Positions 58,270 through 64,000 of a stretch of DNA of 64,000 nt are shown here, piece by piece. Every line of letters begins with the position of its first letter. Positions within the stretch are counted from its first letter, which is position 1. This DNA is from an uncultured Candidatus Binatia bacterium. Lineage in GTDB: Bacteria > Desulfobacterota > Binatia > Bin18. The notes beneath the pieces are model-generated. The model did no database searches. It was not told the origin of the DNA and was given only the letters and a program-made list of their open reading frames with translations. The stretch spans positions 1,856,001 through 1,920,000 of the forward strand of contig OZ241744.1 in the NCBI GenBank assembly GCA_965200965.1, written 5' to 3'. The translations under genes were made by a program, and so were the position numbers.

Positions 58270-60115
58270 TATCAAAGCCACGCGCATCTTCTTCTTGCAA
58301 CTGATTGACAAACTGCTCAACGGCCAGCACCTCGTTCTTGCGCGAGGTGCTTGTGCGCGAGGAGTGAACGGGTTGCCTTCCTCTCGACCGGATGACACCT
58401 TCACTCCTTACCGACACGGTGTTGTTGCCGGCTTCTTTGCCGCCGACAATCAGCAGGTAGGGGATACGGTGGGGGTGGGCTTTATGGATTTTGGCCGACA
58501 GCGGCTCAGAACTGGTGTCCAGGCTGACCCGCAAACCGCGTGCCACCAAGCGCTGACACACCCCGTCGGCGTAGTCCTGGAAGCGATCGCTGACTGGCAA
58601 GACCCTGGCCTGTTCGGGGGCCAGCCAGACCGGGAAGTGGCCGGCGCAATGTTCAATCAGCAGGGCCATGAAGCGCTCGATCGCGCCATAAATGGCCGAG
58701 TGGATGACGACCGGTGTTTGCAGCGAGCCGTCGGCGGCGGCGTATTTCAGATCAAAGCGTTGCGGCATCTGAAAATCGACCTGGGTCGTGGCCAGTTGCC
58801 ACGCCCGGCCCAGCGTGTCTTTCACGTCGATGTCGATCTTCGGCCCGTAGAACGCTCCTCCGCCCCTATCAAGCTGATAGGGAATGTTCTTGTCTTCCAG
58901 GAGAGCTTGGAGGGTGGTTTCCGCGGCGTCCCACAGGCTTCGGTCGCCCATGAAGTTGGCGGGCCGGGTGGAGAGTTTGCAGGAATAGTCCAGGTCAAAG
59001 GCACGATACACCCGGTTGATCATGTTGAGCAGGCGTTCAATCTCGGCCGGGACGTGCTCCTTGGCGACAAAGATATGCGTATCGTCCTGATGAAACATGC
59101 GCAGACGGGCCAAGCCGGCCAGGGTGCCGGACAGCTCGTTGCGGTGTAAGGCGCTCTCGTCATGGATGCGCAGCGGGAGGTCGCGGTAGCTCTTGGTCTT
59201 CAGCTTGAAGATGCTCATGTGGACCGGGCAGTTCATCGGCTTCAGCCCGTAGGCCCCGCCCTCTTGGTCGATCAGGAACATCTGGTCTTTGAATTTCTCC
59301 CAGTGCCCTGAGGTCTCCCATAGGCTCTGGTGACACAGCACCGGGCCCCGCACCTCTTGATAGCCCTCGGCCTTGAGCAGCTTGCCCATGCGGTCTTGCA
59401 GGAGCTTGTAGACGGTCAGGCCCTTGGGCAGCAGGACCGGAGAGCCGGGGCTGAAGGGAAACAGGGCAAACAGTTCCATGTCCTGGCCGATTTTTCGGTG
59501 GTCGCGCCGCTCGGCCTCCTCAAGTCGCTCGAGGTACTCGTGCAGATCGCGGGCGGTCTGCCACACTGTGCCATAGATGCGCTGCATCTGGGCCTTATTG
59601 GCATCCCCCCGCCAGTAGGCCCCGGAGATTTTGAGCAGCTTGAAATGGGGTAGCTGGCCGGTCTGCTGGACATGGGGGCCGCGACACAGGTCAACAAAAT
59701 CACCCTGTTTATAGATTGAGCAGGTATCAAGCCCCAGGTCGCGCATGATTTCCAGCTTGAAGGTCTGGCCGCGCTGGCCGAAATGGTCCTCAGCTTCTTG
59801 CCGGGACCAGTTCTCGTGCAGAAAGGGCAGGTCGGCCGCAATGTTGGCCCGCATCCGCTCTTCAATCCGCGCCAAGTCCTCGTCAGACAAAGGCTGGGGT
59901 GTTTCAATGTCGTAATAGAACCCGTTTTCTACGGCCGGCCCGACCCCCAGCCGGCTGGCCGGAAAAAGTTCCAGTACTGCCTGGGCCAGCACATGCGCGC
60001 AGGAGTGGCGCAGGCAGTGCAACTCGTAGTCCTGGTCGCTGGCAAAATCTTTGCGCTCTAACTCGTGGGACTCGCTGGGGAGGCTCTGCGGACTGTCGTT
60101 TTTCGCTTCGTTCAT
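58262..60115 (-). CDS. thrS: Threonine-tRNA ligase
   Basis: RHSCAHVLAQA, NGFYYD, DLCRGPH, GAYWRGD, RDHRKIG, LKPMNCP, AFYGPKID, HSAIYGAIERF. Confidence 0.97.
   Translation of the reverse strand: MNEAKNDSPQSLPSESHELERKDFASDQDYELHCLRHSCAHVLAQAVLELFPASRLGVGPAVENGFYYDIETPQPLSDEDLARIEERMRANIAADLPFLHENWSRQEAEDHFGQRGQTFKLEIMRDLGLDTCSIYKQGDFVDLCRGPHVQQTGQLPHFKLLKISGAYWRGDANKAQMQRIYGTVWQTARDLHEYLERLEEAERRDHRKIGQDMELFALFPFSPGSPVLLPKGLTVYKLLQDRMGKLLKAEGYQEVRGPVLCHQSLWETSGHWEKFKDQMFLIDQEGGAYGLKPMNCPVHMSIFKLKTKSYRDLPLRIHDESALHRNELSGTLAGLARLRMFHQDDTHIFVAKEHVPAEIERLLNMINRVYRAFDLDYSCKLSTRPANFMGDRSLWDAAETTLQALLEDKNIPYQLDRGGGAFYGPKIDIDVKDTLGRAWQLATTQVDFQMPQRFDLKYAAADGSLQTPVVIHSAIYGAIERFMALLIEHCAGHFPVWLAPEQARVLPVSDRFQDYADGVCQRLVARGLRVSLDTSSEPLSAKIHKAHPHRIPYLLIVGGKEAGNNTVSVRSEGVIRSRGRQPVHSSRTSTSRKNEVLAVEQFVNQLQEEDARGFDKE
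58360..58408. repeat. 49-bp palindromic element inserted in frame in the thrS anticodon-binding domain
   Basis: aggagtgaacgggttgccttcctctcgaccggatgacaccttcactcct; gives VSVR-SEGVIRSRGRQPVHSSR-TST. Confidence 0.92.
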
Positions 60116-60129
60116 GGGCGTCTGTCGTC

Positions 60130-60180
60130 AAGGAGTGAACGGGCCACCTTCCTCTCGACCGGGTGACACGTTCACTCCTT
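60130..60180. repeat. 51-bp palindromic element in the thrS 5' region
   Basis: aaggagtgaac...gttcactcctt with perfect terminal inverted repeats. Confidence 0.92.
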
Positions 60181-60245
60181 GTTGTGGTGGAGTGTATTCA
60201 GCCCGTCAGCGTATGTGAAAAAAAGCGGACGATCAAGACAAGCCA

Positions 60246-61334
60246 TTAGAAGAGCACGCTGAACCCCTCGCGCTCTCGGCCCCTCTGCTCAGTCAGAAAC
60301 CCGCGGGCACCCGTATACACCCCGGCCGGATAGAAGAGATAGCCCTCAATGTAGGTACCGGGCGCTAAGGTCTGGTTGGCCAGGGGCGGCTGGGGCAGGG
60401 TGTGCTCGGACGCGCTGGCCGGCTTTACCCGCCGGCCTGAATCGGCCAGCAGAACGATATTGTCGGTTTCCAGCAGATAGGCGTCGGTGGTTGAGTTGAA
60501 AACCGTAATGCGGACCGCAAGCAGCTCGGCCGGCATATCACCAAGCTGGCGTGTCACATCTGCCGGGAGCAGGGGCACAATGCCAATCTGGACCTGGTCC
60601 ATGTTGGCGACCTGGGTCTGGTGGTGGGGAGACTGAAGGTAGGCAAACTCATCCACTACCGCTCGGAACATGGCCTCAAACCCGCGCTGGAAGTCCGAAA
60701 GGGCGTCATAGAAGCCAGAGCCGGCGGCCATCAGTGGGCTTTCAGAGCTGGTATCAATGATGACCCGGTTGCGCTCTACCTCACAGGCGATGGTCAGCTC
60801 GAGCGGCTTCTGCCCGGGCTGCTCACCCCGAATCCGGCCAACTCCGCCCAGAGCCGCCGGCCGATAGGTCGTCACCGCATAGCCGGCCTTTTCAACGGCC
60901 TTGCGCATGATGCGGTTGGCCTGCTCACACGGCGGAATACGCGCCCGGGGAGCGACGTGGACACCGTCGGCAGTGCAGGAAATCGTGACCGACACGGGCT
61001 CGGGTTCTCCCCAGAAGCCCATGCGCTGGGCGGTGATGGTGCTCGGAACATGTTGCCTTCCGGTATCGGCCGGCGGGGGCGCGTCGGCCACCTTGTAGTA
61101 CAGCCGTTCAAGCGCCCGCCGGGTGATCCGGTGCGCCTCCTCACAGCCCATCTGGGGTTCGTTGATATCGAACTCGGTGGTCTGTTCCCCCCGCTGGCGA
61201 GCCTCCCCGCGGCCCGGTTCTGGCACGGTGGCTTGTGTGGTCTGCTCGGCCGGCTGTTCCACGTTCTGTCCACAGCCGCCAACCGCTACGATGACACCCA
61301 CACTACACAGCAGGTTCTGGACGGCTTTTTGCAT
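60246..61334 (-). CDS. Hypothetical lipoprotein with internal duplicated Cys-containing module
   Basis: Signal peptide ending GGC; CEEAHRITRRALERLYYKV / CEQANRIMRKAVEKAGYAV; C-terminal GYLFYP. Confidence 0.7.
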   Translation of the reverse strand: MQKAVQNLLCSVGVIVAVGGCGQNVEQPAEQTTQATVPEPGRGEARQRGEQTTEFDINEPQMGCEEAHRITRRALERLYYKVADAPPPADTGRQHVPSTITAQRMGFWGEPEPVSVTISCTADGVHVAPRARIPPCEQANRIMRKAVEKAGYAVTTYRPAALGGVGRIRGEQPGQKPLELTIACEVERNRVIIDTSSESPLMAAGSGFYDALSDFQRGFEAMFRAVVDEFAYLQSPHHQTQVANMDQVQIGIVPLLPADVTRQLGDMPAELLAVRITVFNSTTDAYLLETDNIVLLADSGRRVKPASASEHTLPQPPLANQTLAPGTYIEGYLFYPAGVYTGARGFLTEQRGREREGFSVLF

Positions 61335-61381
61335 CGACTCCCCCTTTTTTTCCTGCCCGGCCTGCAACTGCTCATAGTTTA

Positions 61382-61452
61382 TAGGTCGGCCAGCCATCCG
61401 GCGGAAGCCGACACCCCGTTCTGTCGGATTACGCTGCGCTCATCCGACCTCC
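61382..61452. repeat. GTAG-family REP doublet
   Basis: taggtcgg...gtcggattacgctgcgctcatccgacct; 51 bp identical to 62235-62285. Confidence 0.85.
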
Positions 61453-61543
61453 TGCCTGCTCATAGCAGGGAGCGGCCCGGGAAAGAAGGCTTGGCCGGGG
61501 CGGCGATTGACGTGGACGGAGGAATGATTATTCAAAGTGGAGC

Positions 61544-61708
61544 ATGGAGTTGAACCCTGCCCATCCGATCCTGCCCACGCTCTACGCGCGCTGCCAGAAC
61601 GACAGTCACGATGCCGCGCACGACGAGTATGCCCAGCCGTTGTTTGGCTACGGCCTGTTGGCCGAAGGCTCGGAACTCCCCGACCCGGCGGCCTTCAGCA
61701 GTTTATAG
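61544..61708 (+). pseudogene. htpG: C-terminal remnant of HtpG (Hsp90)
   Basis: MELNPAHPILPTL...EYAQPLFGYGLLAEGSELPDPAAF resembles the HtpG terminus (ELNPxHP...LLAEG..LxDPAAF); not in the ORF track. Confidence 0.75.
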
Positions 61709-61718
61709 GAGCCGGGCG

Positions 61719-62201
61719 GTGCGATTTCGGGTTGGTCACGGCGCAGATATCCACCGGCTCCAGCCGGGCCGCAAGCTCGTGCTGGGCGGCGTCCCTATCC
61801 CCTGGGACAAGGGGTTGCTCGGCCACTCGGACGCCGATGTTGTGTGTCACGCGCTGAGCAACGCCCTGTTGGGCGCGATTGGGGCGGGTGATATAGGCCA
61901 GCATTTTCCCGACTCTGACCCGCAATATAGTGGGGTGTCGAGTCTCGGGCTGCTGGGCGATGTCATGGCGATGGTGAGGGCGCGCGGCTTTCGGCTGGGC
62001 AACGCCGATATTACGGTCTTTGCCCAGCGGCCCAAGCTGGGGCCGTATCGACAGGCGATGCGCGAGCGGCTGGCGGTGGTCCTGGAGGCCGAGCCGGCCG
62101 CGGTCAATATCAAAGCCACGACCGGCGAAAAAATAGGCTCTATCGGCCGTGAGGAAGGCATGATGGCCGAGGCGGTTGTGCTGTTGGAATCAGAGGGGTG
62201 A
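61719..62201 (+). CDS. ispF: 2-C-methyl-D-erythritol 2,4-cyclodiphosphate synthase
   Basis: GHGADIH, GHSDADV..HA, GDIGQHFPD, NIKATTGE; GTG start after AGGA. Confidence 0.95.
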   Translation: MRFRVGHGADIHRLQPGRKLVLGGVPIPWDKGLLGHSDADVVCHALSNALLGAIGAGDIGQHFPDSDPQYSGVSSLGLLGDVMAMVRARGFRLGNADITVFAQRPKLGPYRQAMRERLAVVLEAEPAAVNIKATTGEKIGSIGREEGMMAEAVVLLESEG

Positions 62202-62214
62202 ATGTGCCTGGTTT

Positions 62215-62287
62215 GTAGGTCGGCTTAGCCCTCGGGCGGAAGCCGACACCCCGTTCTGTCGGATTACGCTGCGCTCATCCGACCTAC
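62215..62287. repeat. GTAG-family REP doublet
   Basis: gtaggtcgg...ccgacctac terminal inverted repeats. Confidence 0.88.
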
Positions 62288-62417
62288 CAGGACGAATAGG
62301 GAGTGCTCAGAGCAGGCGCGAGCGGCAGGCGCGTGCTGCTGGAGGCGGGTAGGGGCTGAACATGCCCAGGGGCAGGGCCGGCAAGCCATAGCCCACACTC
62401 CCCTTTGTCACTGCCTA

Positions 62418-62456
62418 CCCCCTCCCCCCCTTGAGGGGGAGGGCTGGGGTGGGGGG
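62418..62456. repeat. CCCCTCCCCC-GGGGGAGGG hairpin repeat
   Basis: ccccctccccccc ttga gggggagggctggggtgggggg; related to 17641-17664. Confidence 0.65.
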
Positions 62457-62501
62457 CAGCCGCCGGGTCGGGGTCAGCGGCTTCAACATCGGTGCAGACC
62501 C

Positions 62502-63824
62502 TCACGGGTTGTTGCGCTTGCTAAGGTCGGCAAGCCCACGTTCCATCTTAGCCGCGGTGTCTTCGTCACCGGCCTCTCGGGCCAAGGCAAGCGCCTTCTC
62601 AAAATCCCGCCGGGCCTCGTTCACCCGGCCCAATAGATCGTTAGCGGCACCCCGATTGTAATAGGCAGCGGCTAAGTTCGGGTCAAGGCGGAGCGCTACG
62701 CTGTAGTCCGCAATGGCGGCTTCATGATCACCAAGTTTGTTCTTCGCATTGCCCCGGCTGGTGTAGGTTTCGGCATCGTTCGGGTCAAGGCGGAGCGCCA
62801 CGCTGTAGTCCGCAATGGCGGCTTCATGATCACCAAGTTTGTTCTTCGCATTGCCCCGGTTGGTGTAGGCACCGGCTAAGTTCGGGTCAAGGCGGAGCGC
62901 CACGCTGTAGTCCGCAATGGCGGCTTCATGATCACCAAGTTTGTTCTTCGCAACGCCCCGGTTGGTGTAGGCACCGGCTAAGTTCGGGTCAAGGCGGAGC
63001 GCCACGCTGTAGTCCGCAATGGCGGCTTCATGATCACCAAGTTTGTTCTTCGCAACGCCCCGGTTGGTGTAGGCACCGGCTAAGTTCGGGTCAAGGCGGA
63101 GCGCCGCGGTGTGGTCCGCAATGGCGGCTTCATGATCACCAAGTTTGTTCTTCGCATTGCCCCGGTTGGTGTAGGCAGCGGCATCATTTGGGGTGAGATG
63201 GAGCACCTTAGTGTAGGCATCTATCGCCGCTTCGTAATCGCCCTTTTCACCGTAGAGATAGCCAACGGAGAACCACGCCCGCGCCCCAAACTCTCGATCG
63301 ACGCTTTCAACCTGCTCAGCAATAGAACGCCACCTTCCGATGTGATCATCGCTCTTTTCCTCCTGCTGGGCCGAGGGAGAGGCCGGCGATTCTACTGCCT
63401 GGCGTACAGCCCGAGCGACCTCCAGAAAACCCTTGTCGTGTATCGATGGTGGCTCGTGCTCCACCACGGGCTTGCCGTCGGTGGGAACTGCCTCCAGTCC
63501 GCCGAATTGCGCTGCTTTCCAATCGCAGGGTCTCAGGATTACCGGGATCACGCACGCTGTCCCTTGCGCGTGTCGTTTCATCGCGATCTGCGTTTCCTTG
63601 TAGCAATAGTCTGAGGCAAGAAAGTCAGCGCTGACCAGGAGGAGGATGATATCCGCAAGATTCAAGGCATGGTTGATATAGTGGTCAATCTCTCCGCCAG
63701 GCGGAATGTTTCGATCATGAAAAATGTTGATTCTGCCTTGGCGACGAAGGAGGGCCAAGTGCGTTTCCAGTTTCTTCCAAAGAGCCTCGTCCTTGTGAGA
63801 ATAGGATATGAATACGTTTCTCAT
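62502..63824 (-). CDS. TIR domain + tetratricopeptide repeat protein
   Basis: VFISYSHKD, LLLVSADFLASDYCYKE, VIPVILRPCDW; followed by 34-aa TPRs; AAGGAG RBS before ATG 63824. Confidence 0.92.
   Translation of the reverse strand: MRNVFISYSHKDEALWKKLETHLALLRRQGRINIFHDRNIPPGGEIDHYINHALNLADIILLLVSADFLASDYCYKETQIAMKRHAQGTACVIPVILRPCDWKAAQFGGLEAVPTDGKPVVEHEPPSIHDKGFLEVARAVRQAVESPASPSAQQEEKSDDHIGRWRSIAEQVESVDREFGARAWFSVGYLYGEKGDYEAAIDAYTKVLHLTPNDAAAYTNRGNAKNKLGDHEAAIADHTAALRLDPNLAGAYTNRGVAKNKLGDHEAAIADYSVALRLDPNLAGAYTNRGVAKNKLGDHEAAIADYSVALRLDPNLAGAYTNRGNAKNKLGDHEAAIADYSVALRLDPNDAETYTSRGNAKNKLGDHEAAIADYSVALRLDPNLAAAYYNRGAANDLLGRVNEARRDFEKALALAREAGDEDTAAKMERGLADLSKRNNP
62668..63180. repeat. Tandem array of about five near-identical 102-bp TPR-coding units
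   Basis: gtaggcaccggctaagttcgggtcaaggcggagc recurs at 62865, 62967 and 63069 (period 102). Confidence 0.92.
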
Positions 63825-63858
63825 CTGCTCTCCTTGCACGGCTTGTATTGTACATTTT

Positions 63859-63999
63859 CTATGATGGAGGGCTACCTGCATGGACGCGGATTTGGCCCGA
63901 GAGGAGCTTGGGCAGCAGGGTATCCCGCAGGGCGGCGAGGGTCCGGGATTGGACAGCCACGGAAATGTTCTTCTCAAATATGGCGGACAGAAGACCATT
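63859..63999 (-). CDS. hsdS: Type I RM specificity subunit, C-terminal end (gene starts beyond the window)
   Basis: ...QSRTLAALRDTLLPKLLSGQIRV...* typical HsdS C-terminus; not in the ORF track. Confidence 0.85.
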   Translation of the reverse strand, partial: NGLLSAIFEKNISVAVQSRTLAALRDTLLPKLLSGQIRVHAGSPPS

Positions 64000-64000
64000 G

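Noticed and set aside
58221-58408. Two 49-bp repeats about 90 bp apart as a mini-CRISPR
   Set aside because: The intervening DNA is thrS coding sequence and the other copies are dispersed
62668-63180. Regular repeats resembling a CRISPR array
   Set aside because: 102-bp units without unique spacers, in frame within a TPR-coding gene; no cas genes
63825-63998. N-terminal extension of the TIR-TPR ORF in the track
   Set aside because: This DNA encodes the hsdS C-terminus in another frame; an RBS supports ATG 63824

Overview
GC-rich bacterial chromosome segment. The gene set (LLM/F420 oxidoreductase, CoA-transferases, DUF465-ilvN-ilvC-psd-pssA-leuA-leuB, coaX-birA-nadC-valS, mpl-ldcA-thrS) resembles a deltaproteobacterial/Binatia-type organism; this taxonomy is inference only. 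The housekeeping backbone, with tRNA-Pro(CGG) and tRNA-Leu(CAG), is interrupted by several defence cassettes with no integrase in the window. These are: a Type III RM pair after ispH; a controller(HTH)-endonuclease fusion plus C5-methylase with visible C-box-like operators; a lower-GC island downstream of leuB; and a TIR-TPR gene following a Type I hsdS at the right edge. The best candidate for an undescribed system is the tightly coupled operon hypothetical - ThsB-like TIR - Nmad2 - MazG/MazG_C - UDG-like (23057-26591). Next to it is a DarTG/half-hsdS module bracketed by a 66-bp duplication of the leuB 3' end. A second notable signal is a ~49-51-bp palindromic element in five copies, two inserted in frame inside thrS and slt and one supplying the thrS stop codon. 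Short remnants of glnA, rlmD and htpG, a missing ilvB, a putative Leu attenuator and several frameshifts are also visible. All family assignments come from motif recognition by eye, not from database searches.
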